In this document: piece after piece, positions 47,881 to 58,086 of the stretch | Layout: each line of letters begins with the position of its first letter | How positions within the stretch are numbered: position 1 is the stretch's first letter | From: Acutalibacteraceae bacterium | GTDB taxonomy: Bacteria > Bacillota > Clostridia > Oscillospirales > Acutalibacteraceae | Assembly: GCA_036310005.1 (NCBI GenBank) | Contig: JAXJSP010000039.1 | Coordinates: forward strand, 2,378-66,377 | Length of the DNA stretch: 64,000 nt | Reading direction: 5' to 3' | The notes under the pieces: model-generated | What the model was told of the DNA's origin: nothing | Databases searched by the model: none | What the model saw: the letters and a program-made list of their open reading frames with translations, nothing else | Program-made: the position numbers and the translations under genes

Positions 47881-50256
47881 CTATTTTAATTCAACAATAG
47901 TAACTCCGTTTTCTCCTTCTCCATAGACACCCAATCTATATGTTTTAACACAAGAGTTAGTTTTTAAAAAGTCATTTACCGCCTGTCTTAACACACCTGT
48001 TCCCTTTCCGTGTATTACGGAAATTACACTGATACCCGACATAATGGTCTGGTCGATAAATCTGTCTAACTCAAAAATTGCTTCGTCTGCAGTTTTGCCT
48101 CTTAAATCAATCGAAGTCTGTGCTGTTCTGTCAAGACGGGATGTTACATTACGCGTTAATTTAGGCTCTGTTTTTTTCTTAGGTTTTTTATCTATTAGCC
48201 TTAAATTACTTTCGGGCAACTTAATTTTAACCTTTTCAAGTTGAACTGTAACTTTTCCGCTTTTATCTTTCAAGGCAATAACATCGCCTTCTTTGTCGAT
48301 ATCAACTACTAACACCCTATCGCCCACTATAAGAGGTCTTGGTAATTTATAATCTGATTTAATTTTACCGTCGGAATAAGTTTTGTCCAGTTTATTAATG
48401 CCTTTATTAAAAGAGTCTTTTGCTTTTTGAGCAAGCAAACTTAAATCTTTTTCTTTTTCAGCCTGTTTTCTTAAATCGGAAATCTCATTAAGCATAGTAT
48501 TTGCAGAGTATTCGGCTCTGTCGGCTATTATTTTGGCCTTTTGACGCGCTTTTTCAATAATTTCTTTTTGCTTGGTTTCTGTTTCAAACAGTTGCTCTTT
48601 AACAGCATTTTTTAGGCTGTTAAGTTCTGTTTTGATTTTAAGAGTTTCTTCTCTGTCTTTTTCAGCAGAAACCAAGGCAGATTCAAGAGCTGAGACTACA
48701 CTTTCAAATCGGTTATTCTCATCGCTAACTATTTCTCTTGCCGAATTTACAATTCTTTGCGGAAGTCCTAATTTTTCACTTATTGCAAAAGCATTCGAAC
48801 GACCGGGCACTCCCATCAGCAAGCGGTAAGTAGGTTTCATATTTTCTACATCAAACTCGCAGCAGGCGTTTTTAACTCCGGGAGTGTCTAACGCAAAGGC
48901 TTTTAATTCTGCATAGTGAGTTGTAGCAACAATTTTTGCACCGACAAAACGCAAGTCTTGAATAACCGCAGTAGCAAGAGCCGCGCCCTCAACAGGGTCA
49001 GTACCCGCACCTAATTCATCAACTAATACCAAAGATGAGTCGTCTGCATTAGTAACGATATCAATAAGCGTTACCATGTGAGAAGAGAAAGTTGAAAGGG
49101 AATTTTCTATTGACTGTTCATCGCCAATATCGGCAAAAACTTTTGAAAACACGGAAATTTCGCTGTTTTCATTTACAGGAATCATAAGTCCGCATTCCGC
49201 CATTAAAGTTAAAAGTCCGAAAGTTTTTAGCGTAACGGTTTTACCTCCCGTGTTCGGACCTGTAATGACAAGTGTATCAAAACTGTCGCCGAGTTCGATA
49301 TTTACAGGCACAACATTATCTTTATTAAGCAACGGATGTCTTGCCTTTTTTAAATTAATTTTACCTGTATTATTAACTTTCGGCATAGTTGCTTTCATTT
49401 CATAAGCAAGGCTTGCCTTTGCAAAAATCAAGCAAAGTTCAACAGCGCAATCATAAGATGAAATTATATCGTTTGCGTGTTCTCCTACCTCGACTGATAA
49501 TTCCATTAAAATTCTTTCGATTTCTGTTTTTTCTTTAAGTTTTAATACTTTAATGTCATTATTTGCTTCAACGACGCTTATCGGCTCAATAAACACAGTA
49601 TTACCTGAAGCGGAAGTATCATGTACGAGGCCTGATACATTTGCGCGACATTCAAGTTTTACGGGAACAACAAAACGGTCGTTTCTGATTGTTACAACCG
49701 GTTCTCGTAAAAATTTACTGTAAACTGACGAATGAATAATTTTATCTAATTTTTCTCTTATACTGTTTTGAGCCGCAGAGAGTTTTCTTCTTATGTCATA
49801 AAGTGTTTGAGATGCTTTATCGGCAATCTCGTCTTCCGAAATAATTGAGGAAAAGATCTTATCTTCCAAGTGTTTATTAAGTACAATTCTGTCAAAAAGA
49901 TACTTAATTGAAGTATTATCATTGAATTTATCGTGCCATTCGACAAGTCTTGAAAAGCAATTTAAAGTTTTTGCAATTTTAAGCAAATCACCTGCTGAAA
50001 TTGAGGCTCCTGCTTCAGCGATTGTCAATGGGTTATTTACATTAACCAAATTAGAAAATGACGGTGACGAATAACGAGCCATTAGTGAATAGGCATCGTA
50101 AGTTTTTTTTAGTCTTATGCTTACTTCGTCCAAATCAGCAGATGGCTCTAACATTTTAGCATACTCAGCCGCATCGTCATTATGACAATGTTTTGCGAGC
50201 ATATCAAGTACTCTGTTTAATTCAAGAACATTATAATATTTTTTTTGAGTTTCCAT
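47881..50256 (-). CDS. mutS2: Endonuclease MutS2
   Basis: Walker A ITGPNTGGKTVTLK and a C-terminal Smr domain (IHGKGTGVLRQAV). 791 aa. Confidence 0.95.
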   Translation of the reverse strand: METQKKYYNVLELNRVLDMLAKHCHNDDAAEYAKMLEPSADLDEVSIRLKKTYDAYSLMARYSSPSFSNLVNVNNPLTIAEAGASISAGDLLKIAKTLNCFSRLVEWHDKFNDNTSIKYLFDRIVLNKHLEDKIFSSIISEDEIADKASQTLYDIRRKLSAAQNSIREKLDKIIHSSVYSKFLREPVVTIRNDRFVVPVKLECRANVSGLVHDTSASGNTVFIEPISVVEANNDIKVLKLKEKTEIERILMELSVEVGEHANDIISSYDCAVELCLIFAKASLAYEMKATMPKVNNTGKINLKKARHPLLNKDNVVPVNIELGDSFDTLVITGPNTGGKTVTLKTFGLLTLMAECGLMIPVNENSEISVFSKVFADIGDEQSIENSLSTFSSHMVTLIDIVTNADDSSLVLVDELGAGTDPVEGAALATAVIQDLRFVGAKIVATTHYAELKAFALDTPGVKNACCEFDVENMKPTYRLLMGVPGRSNAFAISEKLGLPQRIVNSAREIVSDENNRFESVVSALESALVSAEKDREETLKIKTELNSLKNAVKEQLFETETKQKEIIEKARQKAKIIADRAEYSANTMLNEISDLRKQAEKEKDLSLLAQKAKDSFNKGINKLDKTYSDGKIKSDYKLPRPLIVGDRVLVVDIDKEGDVIALKDKSGKVTVQLEKVKIKLPESNLRLIDKKPKKKTEPKLTRNVTSRLDRTAQTSIDLRGKTADEAIFELDRFIDQTIMSGISVISVIHGKGTGVLRQAVNDFLKTNSCVKTYRLGVYGEGENGVTIVELK

Positions 50257-50265
50257 TTATCTTTC

Positions 50266-51000
50266 CTATTCGGGTAAATTTTTGTAAAAATCAAGAGCGA
50301 TAAAATGATGACCGACTTGATTTAACAAATAATATTCTGTTATATTTGAGAGTTGTTTATAATTACCGTCTTTTAATTCAAAATTAAAAAGTTTACTAAA
50401 GTCACAATAAACGATATGGCGCATCGCGGACAAAACTCCGTTAGGTAAAAGCACACCGTTTTTGTCGCAATTTTCACAAACAATGCAGCCCTCATTAATT
50501 TTCAGATAATAATTCGCGGCATTATCGTTATTACAAACTGAACAAGCCTTTAAATCAGGCGCATATCCGCATTCAGTTACTAAACGCAATTCAAAAATTG
50601 CCTTTACCATTTCAAGCGGTCTTAAATCTTTTTCAATAATATGTATGCAATTGAGCATAAGGCGTAATATCTGTTCTGACTCAACGCCTTCAACTGCAAA
50701 AACTATAGCGGCCTCGCAAAAATACTGAGCTAAACTTAACTTTGCAATATCAAATCTTAAATTAAAAAACAGTTCTTCGGGTATTGCTTCATCAATAATA
50801 TAACTGTCTTTTGTTTTATAAACAGACAGTTGTGAATAAACAAGCATGGCAGTTGATGAAGAATTTTTATTTTTAGGCTTTGCCGCACCGCGCACAAAGG
50901 CTCTTATTACACCCATATTGCGGGTAAGCACAGTTACAAGTCGGTCACTCTCGCCCACTTGTGTTTGTTTTAAAATCAAGCCATCGGTCTTGAATTTCAT
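50266..51000 (-). CDS. recO: DNA repair protein RecO
   Basis: N-terminal OB fold (GLILKQTQVGESDRLVTVLT) and a zinc-binding CxxC...CxxC (CSVCN...CENC). Confidence 0.9.
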   Translation of the reverse strand: MKFKTDGLILKQTQVGESDRLVTVLTRNMGVIRAFVRGAAKPKNKNSSSTAMLVYSQLSVYKTKDSYIIDEAIPEELFFNLRFDIAKLSLAQYFCEAAIVFAVEGVESEQILRLMLNCIHIIEKDLRPLEMVKAIFELRLVTECGYAPDLKACSVCNNDNAANYYLKINEGCIVCENCDKNGVLLPNGVLSAMRHIVYCDFSKLFNFELKDGNYKQLSNITEYYLLNQVGHHFIALDFYKNLPE

Positions 51001-51082
51001 TATTATTCTCCGTTTTTATATAATCTAAATAGTACTCAATTTTTCCTGTACTTAAAAACTGCTCCCAAAAATAATTTTGCAT
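50945..51082 (-). CDS. YqzL-like small protein
   Basis: ORF 50945..51136. Internal ATG 51080-51082 gives MQNYFWEQFLSTGKIEYYLDYIK, matching the F.W..F..TG.I..YL motif of YqzL proteins encoded between era and recO. Overlaps recO by 56 nt. Confidence 0.5.
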   Translation of the reverse strand: MQNYFWEQFLSTGKIEYYLDYIKTENNNEIQDRWLDFKTNTSGRE

Positions 51083-51137
51083 TATTACATCACCTAATAA
51101 TAAAGTTTGTAATAAAGCAAAAATTATAAAAGGCAAA

Positions 51138-52049
51138 TTAGTCCAATCCGAAATTATGAATTAAACCTGTTCGATTTCTCCAATCTTCTTTGACTTTTAC
51201 CCAGCACTGCAAATTAATTTTACAGCAAAAAAAGTTTTCAATTTCTTTACGGGCGCCTGTTGAAATTCTTTTAAGCATTTCACCGCGCTTTCCGATAATT
51301 ATGCCTTTATGACTTTCGCTTTCGCAATAAATAATTGCTTCGATATCTATAATATCTTCGCCTGAAGATGTTTTTCTGTCTTTGAATTTTTCAATAGAAA
51401 CAGCAATACCGTGCGGGACTTCTTTATTAAGATTCAAAAGCATTTTTTCTCTTATCATTTCTGATGCAATAGTGCGCTCATTTTGGTCAGTAAGTTCATC
51501 ATCAGAAAAAAAGTGCGGTGCTTCAACACAATATTTTTCAAGTTCTTTTTTGAGTATACTAACGCCATCACCGTTTTTTGCGCTTAAAGGAATAATTGCC
51601 GAAAAATCAAACAGTTTAGAGTAAAGCAAAATAATATCCATTATTTTTGATTTATCATCTACAAGGTCGATTTTATTGATTGCTAAGATACAGTCCATTT
51701 TATCCGATTTAATTTTTTCAATTAATTCTATATCTGCTGCTGTCGGTAATTTTTCAATCGGCTCCGATACTGCATCAATGACAAGCACGCAAACATCAAC
51801 ATCGGCCATACTGTCTTTTACTGCTTTGACCATATTTTCACCGAGTTTTGTTTTAGGTTTATGAAGTCCCGGTGTATCAATAAATACAAACTGATTATCG
51901 CCGCTTGTCAAGACTCCCATAATCTTAGTTCTTGTGGTTTGCGGTTTATTGGTAACAATTGCGACCTTTTGACCAATCAGATTATTCATAAGTGATGATT
52001 TTCCGACATTCGGTTTCCCGACTATAGATATAAAAGCACTTTTTGTCAT
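51138..52049 (-). CDS. era: GTPase Era
   Basis: G1 GKPNVGKSS, G3 DTPG, G4 NKID and a C-terminal KH domain. Confidence 0.95.
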   Translation of the reverse strand: MTKSAFISIVGKPNVGKSSLMNNLIGQKVAIVTNKPQTTRTKIMGVLTSGDNQFVFIDTPGLHKPKTKLGENMVKAVKDSMADVDVCVLVIDAVSEPIEKLPTAADIELIEKIKSDKMDCILAINKIDLVDDKSKIMDIILLYSKLFDFSAIIPLSAKNGDGVSILKKELEKYCVEAPHFFSDDELTDQNERTIASEMIREKMLLNLNKEVPHGIAVSIEKFKDRKTSSGEDIIDIEAIIYCESESHKGIIIGKRGEMLKRISTGARKEIENFFCCKINLQCWVKVKEDWRNRTGLIHNFGLD

Positions 52050-52058
52050 AAGTTCTCC

Positions 52059-52532
52059 TTAAAACGTCAAGCCGAGCAGTTCCATTACGGCTTCTTCGTG
52101 TTCTCTCATTCTAACTTTTTCCAAACCGCCGTTTACATGGTCATAACCGAGTAAATGCAACATAGAATGACAGGTTAAATATGCAATTTCTCTTCTTACG
52201 CTGTGGCCGAACATTTCAGCCTGTGCTACTGCTTTTTCAACAGAAATGACAATATCACCTAACTGTACTCTTTTAGTTGCAGGGTCAGGTACAAATTCTC
52301 CGTTTTCACAAAGCGGGAACGACAGCACATCGGTAACCCGGTCGATTTTTCTGAATCTCATGTTTAAGTCTTTAATCTGAGAGTTGTCTACAAGCAAAAC
52401 GCTCACTTGTGATTCCTGCTCGAAATTTTCGCAAGAAATCACAGCATTACATGTTTTTCTTATTAAAAGTTTTGTTCCTTTTTCAAGTTCGCTTTTTTGA
52501 TTATTTATAATTTCCACTTTAATCTTTGCCAT
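52059..52532 (-). CDS. ybeY: rRNA maturation RNase YbeY
   Basis: HSMLHLLGYDH zinc motif. Confidence 0.95.
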   Translation of the reverse strand: MAKIKVEIINNQKSELEKGTKLLIRKTCNAVISCENFEQESQVSVLLVDNSQIKDLNMRFRKIDRVTDVLSFPLCENGEFVPDPATKRVQLGDIVISVEKAVAQAEMFGHSVRREIAYLTCHSMLHLLGYDHVNGGLEKVRMREHEEAVMELLGLTF

Positions 52533-53517
52533 TTATTTTACTTCCCTTATTTCTTTGCTGTTCATATTTTTCGTACGCTTTTACAATTTTTTGTACAAGT
52601 TGGTGTCTGACGACATCTTTTTCATTTAATCTGATTATTTTAATATCTTCGACATTTTTAAGAACTTTACTTGCCTCAATCAGTCCTGACCTTTTTCCGT
52701 CAGGTAGATCTATTTGAGTTAAATCTCCGGTAACAACGATTTTTGAATTAAATCCGAGTCGTGTCAAAAACATTTTCATTTGTTCTGGTGTAGTGTTTTG
52801 CGCCTCATCCAATATAATAAAACTATCGTCTAATGTTCTGCCGCGCATATAAGCAAGCGGTGCAACTTCTATACTTCCCTTTTCCATACAGCGCTGAAAT
52901 GCTTCGGCGCCGAGCATTTCAAAAAGAGCATCATAAAGAGGTCTTAAGTAAGGATCGACTTTGCTTTGCAGGTCACCGGGTAAAAAACCTAATTTTTCGC
53001 CTGCTTCAACTGCCGGTCTTGTCAGAATAATTCTTGATACTTTTTTATCTCTAAAAGCAGCCACTGCCAAAGCAACAGCCAGATAAGTTTTACCTGTTCC
53101 TGCAGGCCCGATACCTACTGTAACTGTATTTGAACTGATCGCTTCAATATATGACTTTTGTCCGAGGGTTTTAGGTTTTACCGGTTTTCCGTTTGCAGTT
53201 ATGCAAATACACTCTTTTCCGGCGAGTTGAATCATTTTTGACGCATTACCTTCATTTGCAAGAGAAATTGCATAATTCACATTCTGGTCTGTCAGCGGCT
53301 CACCGTTTTCAAGCATCAACATAAGGCCTGATATGGCATTTGCTGCGTTTGTGACATTATCGTCATTTCCCATTATCTTAATCTCATTTCCTCTAAGCAC
53401 GGTAGAAACATTATAATTTTTTTCAATAATTTTAATATTTTCATCAAGATTTCCAAACAGGTTCGACATCTGTTCCATATTTTCAATCTTTAAAATTTTC
53501 TCACTCAAAAATAACAT
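52519..53517 (-). CDS. phoH: PhoH-family ATPase
   Basis: Walker A GPAGTGKTYLAVA. Start is uncertain: ATG 53517 sits too close to GGAGGA, whereas in-frame TTG 53508 has better spacing. The ORF-track GTG at 53553 has no SD. Confidence 0.85.
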   Translation of the reverse strand: MLFLSEKILKIENMEQMSNLFGNLDENIKIIEKNYNVSTVLRGNEIKIMGNDDNVTNAANAISGLMLMLENGEPLTDQNVNYAISLANEGNASKMIQLAGKECICITANGKPVKPKTLGQKSYIEAISSNTVTVGIGPAGTGKTYLAVALAVAAFRDKKVSRIILTRPAVEAGEKLGFLPGDLQSKVDPYLRPLYDALFEMLGAEAFQRCMEKGSIEVAPLAYMRGRTLDDSFIILDEAQNTTPEQMKMFLTRLGFNSKIVVTGDLTQIDLPDGKRSGLIEASKVLKNVEDIKIIRLNEKDVVRHQLVQKIVKAYEKYEQQRNKGSKINGKD

Positions 53518-53582
53518 TCCTCCACTTTTTTCATTTTTTATATATAATAACACATTTATTTAATAAATTAAATAAAAAAATA

Positions 53583-54764
53583 TTAAAAATCTGAATCAAC
53601 TTCAAAATAAACTTTTTTTGATATATCTTGCTTGCAGACTATTTGACAAGTCAGCACATAATTATTATCGACAATTTGTATTTTAATATCTTCACTTATT
53701 ATTTCTGCATTCTTAAGTTTTTCTTCCTTTTCTTTATTCAACTGTTCTAAAGCCATTTTATTTAATGTGTTTTCACTGTAAGTTATCTTTTGTTTTTCAG
53801 TTTCATAAAAGGTTGTTGAAATAATTTCAATGGGTAAATTAACACCATTCAACTGTAAAGTTTTATTTTCGGTTTGTTTTGTATAATCGTATTTTACGCT
53901 ACCTGCAAAAAGCGGAATTTTCAGAGAAAAAAAGGAAATCAAATTTCTTTGTTCGGTTTTGCCTGAATTTACATTTTTTGTTTCGCTTACAGGTAAAACA
54001 ATTTTTAATGTTTGTTTTGTTTTTGCGATAACATTACCCGTTGCATCTCTGAAATATGTATTTTGATTATTATATTCTTCAGTACCTGAAATTAATAAAT
54101 CGCCTTTTTTTACAATGGCGCCGCGTTTTACCTTTGCAGTACCTTTATATGCAAAAACATCTAATACTTCACCGTCACAAGATGCAACAATATTGCTGTA
54201 TTTTAATTCTTTTTCAACCCTTGTATCGAGTTTTTTTCTGATTTCAACATTCAAAGTTGTACCTACCACATTCAAAGAACTCCAGGAGATATCCTCTACT
54301 TTTAAATTCAAAGTATTTCTGTCGTTTTCGCCTTTAATTTTACTAACAGGAGTACCGATTCTTATATTCATTTCTTCTAATGCATTCATTACACTCTGCT
54401 CATTTATGTCTGCATTTGAATTTATTTCAATATTCCATATAAAATTCGGCATTATTAAAAGCACTGCAAGATATAAAGCGAGACCTACTGCTACGCCCTT
54501 TCTTGATTTATGTTTATGCAAGTAAAAAGGAAGTCCGACTTTTTTTGTCACTTTTAATTTGACAAAACATTTTTTCCGAAACTGCTTAATTTTTTTATAA
54601 TCTTTTGCGCGCATATAAAATTCGATATGATTTTTTCTTCTGTGCGTGTTCCAGATTGAAAAACCGTTTGAAACGCAGATATTTATAAAACGCTCGCAAA
54701 ATCCACCTTCGACTTTTACTCTTATATAGCCGCATAAAAATCGTACGAATCTAATAAAAATCAT
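53583..54764 (-). CDS. yqfD: Sporulation protein YqfD
   Basis: N-terminus LCGYIRVKVEGGFCERFIN, one central TM helix, 393 aa. Follows yqfC. Confidence 0.85.
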   Translation of the reverse strand: MIFIRFVRFLCGYIRVKVEGGFCERFINICVSNGFSIWNTHRRKNHIEFYMRAKDYKKIKQFRKKCFVKLKVTKKVGLPFYLHKHKSRKGVAVGLALYLAVLLIMPNFIWNIEINSNADINEQSVMNALEEMNIRIGTPVSKIKGENDRNTLNLKVEDISWSSLNVVGTTLNVEIRKKLDTRVEKELKYSNIVASCDGEVLDVFAYKGTAKVKRGAIVKKGDLLISGTEEYNNQNTYFRDATGNVIAKTKQTLKIVLPVSETKNVNSGKTEQRNLISFFSLKIPLFAGSVKYDYTKQTENKTLQLNGVNLPIEIISTTFYETEKQKITYSENTLNKMALEQLNKEKEEKLKNAEIISEDIKIQIVDNNYVLTCQIVCKQDISKKVYFEVDSDF

Positions 54765-55042
54765 TAAGAGTCAAACTCCAATCCCATTAATCTGCCGCAA
54801 ACCATTAAATTATCTGTATTAATTTGTTTTATAAACAAATCTCTGCCTATCAATTTAACCGTTGAAGTGCCGATATTGATAACAATATAGTTATCATCAT
54901 ATTCAAGCACTCCTTTACTTCCTTCAATATAAACCTGTCTGTCAGAATTAATTTCAATATTTGCACCCTTGCTGAAAGTACCGTCCGGTACTTCAAAAGC
55001 CCTATCTAAATAAGAAGATGTTTTATCTTTTCGTTTTTTCAT
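54764..55042 (-). CDS. yqfC: Sporulation protein YqfC (YabP family)
   Basis: 92 aa. IEGSKGVLEYDDNYIVI pattern. Stop overlaps the yqfD start. Confidence 0.85.
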   Translation of the reverse strand: MKKRKDKTSSYLDRAFEVPDGTFSKGANIEINSDRQVYIEGSKGVLEYDDNYIVINIGTSTVKLIGRDLFIKQINTDNLMVCGRLMGLEFDS

Positions 55043-55090
55043 AAATATCTACTCTCCCAAATAAAATATATAAATAAGGCAAGTACAATT

Positions 55091-56143
55091 ATGCAGTCGC
55101 AAAGGGTGATACATATAAAAAGTAAATTTTATAAATTTACATTATGTTTAGCAGTAATTGATTTCATACTTTTGCTGTTTATTAACTCACAAAATTCAAT
55201 CGAAGGTATAAAAGAGGGTTTGACACTTTGTGCGGCAACACTTATTCCCTCTCTTTTTCCCTTTATGGTAGCAGCAAACTTTATATCATATTCGGGAATC
55301 GGAATCACTTTAGCAAAGCCAATCGGCAAAATATGTCACTTTTTGTTTAAAATACCTAAACAATATTCTTATATAATTTTATTATCTTTTATTGGTGGTT
55401 ATCCGGTCGGTGCAAGTTTAGTAAATGATTTATGTAAACAAAAAGCAATTGATAAAAAAACTGCGACTCGTCTTATATGTTTTTGCGTCAATGCAGGACC
55501 TGCGATGATTGTATTCACTGTCGGAAAATGCATTTATAATTCAATTGTATTGGGTTTTATTCTTTGGGGATGTCATATTTTAGCAAGCATGATTATCGGT
55601 GCTGTTTTAGGTTTTTTCAGCAAAGGCACGATTAAAAATGATTATGTTTTATGTAAACCTATCGGATGTGTCGATTCACTTGTTTTAGCTATAGAGAACG
55701 CATCAAAATCGCTAATAATTATTTGTAGTTTTGTAGTTTTTTTCAGTTGTGTAATTAATTTATGTTATACAAAAATAGGAACAATATCTTTATTGCTTGA
55801 AGTTACAACTGCATGTAAAGAAATTATGGAAAACAAATTAAGCATTTACTTTACTGCTTTTATCTTAGGTTTCAGCGGTTTGAGTGTTATTTTTCAAGTT
55901 TATTCCATAAGCGGAAAGTCTGTAAATTTTATAGCGTTGATTATTTCAAGAATTGCGCACGGTGTTTTGTCTGTAATCTTTTTAAGACTATATATGCTTA
56001 TTACCAATCAGACAGTTGCGGTAATTTCAAACGGTGTAAATACTAAGCCTGTTACCTTTGTATATTCATTACCGTTTACGCTTTCGCTAATCGGTGTTGC
56101 GATTACATTTTTGATTTTTACTTCTGATAAAAGCAAAAATTGA
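55091..56143 (+). CDS. ylbJ: Sporulation integral membrane protein YlbJ (nucleoside-recognition-domain family)
   Basis: 350 aa polytopic membrane protein. GLTLCAATLIPSLFPFMV is typical of YlbJ. Confidence 0.7.
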   Translation: MQSQRVIHIKSKFYKFTLCLAVIDFILLLFINSQNSIEGIKEGLTLCAATLIPSLFPFMVAANFISYSGIGITLAKPIGKICHFLFKIPKQYSYIILLSFIGGYPVGASLVNDLCKQKAIDKKTATRLICFCVNAGPAMIVFTVGKCIYNSIVLGFILWGCHILASMIIGAVLGFFSKGTIKNDYVLCKPIGCVDSLVLAIENASKSLIIICSFVVFFSCVINLCYTKIGTISLLLEVTTACKEIMENKLSIYFTAFILGFSGLSVIFQVYSISGKSVNFIALIISRIAHGVLSVIFLRLYMLITNQTVAVISNGVNTKPVTFVYSLPFTLSLIGVAITFLIFTSDKSKN

Positions 56144-56168
56144 CATAGTGTAATAAATTTGTTATAAT
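56140..56168 (+). promoter_or_regulatory. Perfect consensus sigma-A promoter
   Basis: TTGACA, 17 nt spacer, TATAAT. Overlaps the ylbJ stop, 19-25 nt upstream of the small Cys-rich ORF. Confidence 0.65.
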
Positions 56169-56186
56169 CACATAAAAGGATGTGTA

Positions 56187-56396
56187 TTGTTAATGAAATC
56201 TAAAGTCAGCATTACTCCCTCTTGCAGAATTTGTGAGATTGGCAGAATTGCACCTGATAATGAGAATATGCTTTGTATTAAATATGGTGTTGTGCCTTGT
56301 GACCATGTCTGCAAGCATTTTGAATATGACCCTCTAAAAAGAGAGCCGGCACTGCCTAATAAACAAAATTTTGACAAATCAGATTTTGCCATATAA
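56187..56396 (+). CDS. Small Cys-rich hypothetical protein (67-69 aa)
   Basis: SD aaagga. TTG 56187 or ATG 56193. Contains CRIC...C...C...C (5 Cys). Own promoter and terminator. Confidence 0.55.
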   Translation: MLMKSKVSITPSCRICEIGRIAPDNENMLCIKYGVVPCDHVCKHFEYDPLKREPALPNKQNFDKSDFAI

Positions 56397-56426
56397 GATT
56401 TTCAAGAGTAAAATAATGTTATAAAG

Positions 56427-56466
56427 AATACGGTGTAGCCTTAAAAGGTTACACCGTATTTATTTC
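56427..56466. terminator. Bidirectional hairpin terminator
   Basis: aatacggtgtagcc / ggttacaccgtatt arms followed by a T-rich tract, between convergent genes. Confidence 0.8.
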
Positions 56467-56491
56467 ATTTATAAAACCGGAAAGTAATTAA

Positions 56492-57055
56492 TTATTTAAT
56501 CATTTTTATAAAATATTTATGGACTGTCAAATCGTCGTTGAGTTCAGGATGAAATGCAGTAACCAATTGATTATTCTGCTTTGCTGCAACAATCTTCCCG
56601 TCGACAGTTGCCAAAACTTCGGTATTTTCGAAAACCGACTCAATATACGGAGCGCGGATAAAAGTCATTGGAATTTTTCCGAAACCTTTAAAATCAGATT
56701 CTGTATAAAAACTACCGAGTTGTCTTCCGTAAGCATTTCGTACAGCAATTACATCCATTGTTGCAAAATGCTTGCGCTCATCATTTTTAATTTCTTTTGC
56801 AAGCAGCAAAAGACCTGCACAGGTACCAAATACGGGAAGTCCGTTTTCTATAAGTTTTTTGATTGGCTCAAACAAACCGAGTTCACGCATTAGTTTACCC
56901 TGAACGGTACTTTCGCCTCCCGGTATAATAAGTCCGTCAAAATCACGCTCCAAATCGCGCTTTTGTCGAATTTCAAAAGTTGAAACGCCGAGTTTTGCGA
57001 GCATCTGCTCATGCTCTATAAAAGCGCCTTGCAGAGCAAGAACAGCAATCTGCAT
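56492..57055 (-). CDS. pdxT: Pyridoxal 5'-phosphate synthase glutaminase subunit PdxT
   Basis: GGESTV, the catalytic Cys in GTCAG, and FHPE. Confidence 0.95.
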   Translation of the reverse strand: MQIAVLALQGAFIEHEQMLAKLGVSTFEIRQKRDLERDFDGLIIPGGESTVQGKLMRELGLFEPIKKLIENGLPVFGTCAGLLLLAKEIKNDERKHFATMDVIAVRNAYGRQLGSFYTESDFKGFGKIPMTFIRAPYIESVFENTEVLATVDGKIVAAKQNNQLVTAFHPELNDDLTVHKYFIKMIK

Positions 57056-57056
57056 T

Positions 57057-57932
57057 TTATTTACCTCTCTCCGCCATTAAAAGTTCAATTTCCTGTTCAT
57101 TAATGCCTACCATAGCCTCTCCCAGATCTTCTGAAAGTGTTGCTAATAAATCTGCATCATTAAAGTTAGTTACCGCCTTAACAATAGCAGCGGCTCTCTT
57201 TTCAGGGTTACCTGATTTAAATATACCTGAACCTACAAACACGCCTTCTGCACCGAGTTGCATCATTAATGCTGCATCGGCAGGTGTTGCTACACCGCCT
57301 GCAGCAAAGTTTACAACAGGCAGTTTCTTGTTTTCGTGAACGAACAATACTAATTCATAAGGAACTTGTAACTGTTTTGCTACATCAAAGAGTTCATCTT
57401 CAGCCATAGAACCAATTCTGCGAATTTCAGACTGCATCATGCGCATGTGACGAACTGCTTGTACGACATCGCCTGTACCGGGTTCGCCCTTTGTTCTGAT
57501 CATAGATGCACCCTCGTTTATACGACGAAGTGCTTCGCCTAAATCTTTTGCACCGCAAACAAAAGGTACATCAAATTTAGTTTTGTCGATATGGTATTTA
57601 TCGTCAGCAGGAGATAAAACTTCGCTTTCATCTATGTAATCGATTTCAATTGCCTGCAAAATTTGTGCTTCTGCAAAATGGCCGATACGACATTTTGCCA
57701 TAACAGGAATAGAAACTGCATTCTGAATACCTTTTATCATTTTAGGATCACTCATACGTGAAACACCGCCTGCGGCGCGAATGTCAGCAGGGATACGCTC
57801 AAGAGCCATAACAGCACAAGCGCCGGCAGATTCTGCAATCTTTGCTTGTTCAGGTGTAGTAACATCCATGATTACGCCGCCCTTAAGCATCTGTGCTAAA
57901 TTTTTGTTGAGTTCAAATCTGTTATTTGACAT
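57057..57932 (-). CDS. pdxS: Pyridoxal 5'-phosphate synthase lyase subunit PdxS
   Basis: [20 protein letters not shown] and DESEVLTPAD-like [10 protein letters not shown]. Confidence 0.97.
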   Translation of the reverse strand: MSNNRFELNKNLAQMLKGGVIMDVTTPEQAKIAESAGACAVMALERIPADIRAAGGVSRMSDPKMIKGIQNAVSIPVMAKCRIGHFAEAQILQAIEIDYIDESEVLSPADDKYHIDKTKFDVPFVCGAKDLGEALRRINEGASMIRTKGEPGTGDVVQAVRHMRMMQSEIRRIGSMAEDELFDVAKQLQVPYELVLFVHENKKLPVVNFAAGGVATPADAALMMQLGAEGVFVGSGIFKSGNPEKRAAAIVKAVTNFNDADLLATLSEDLGEAMVGINEQEIELLMAERGK

Positions 57933-58086
57933 TTTAAAGACTCCTTTAATATTGTTGAAATTTTTACTTACACAAATTTAATCAAATTAAATTATAACTC
58001 TTTAATACTACACTATGAAGTAGAAAATTTCAAGCACAAAAGACAATAAATTCACTGATTTTATGATTGTTTTTGCATTTATGCTC

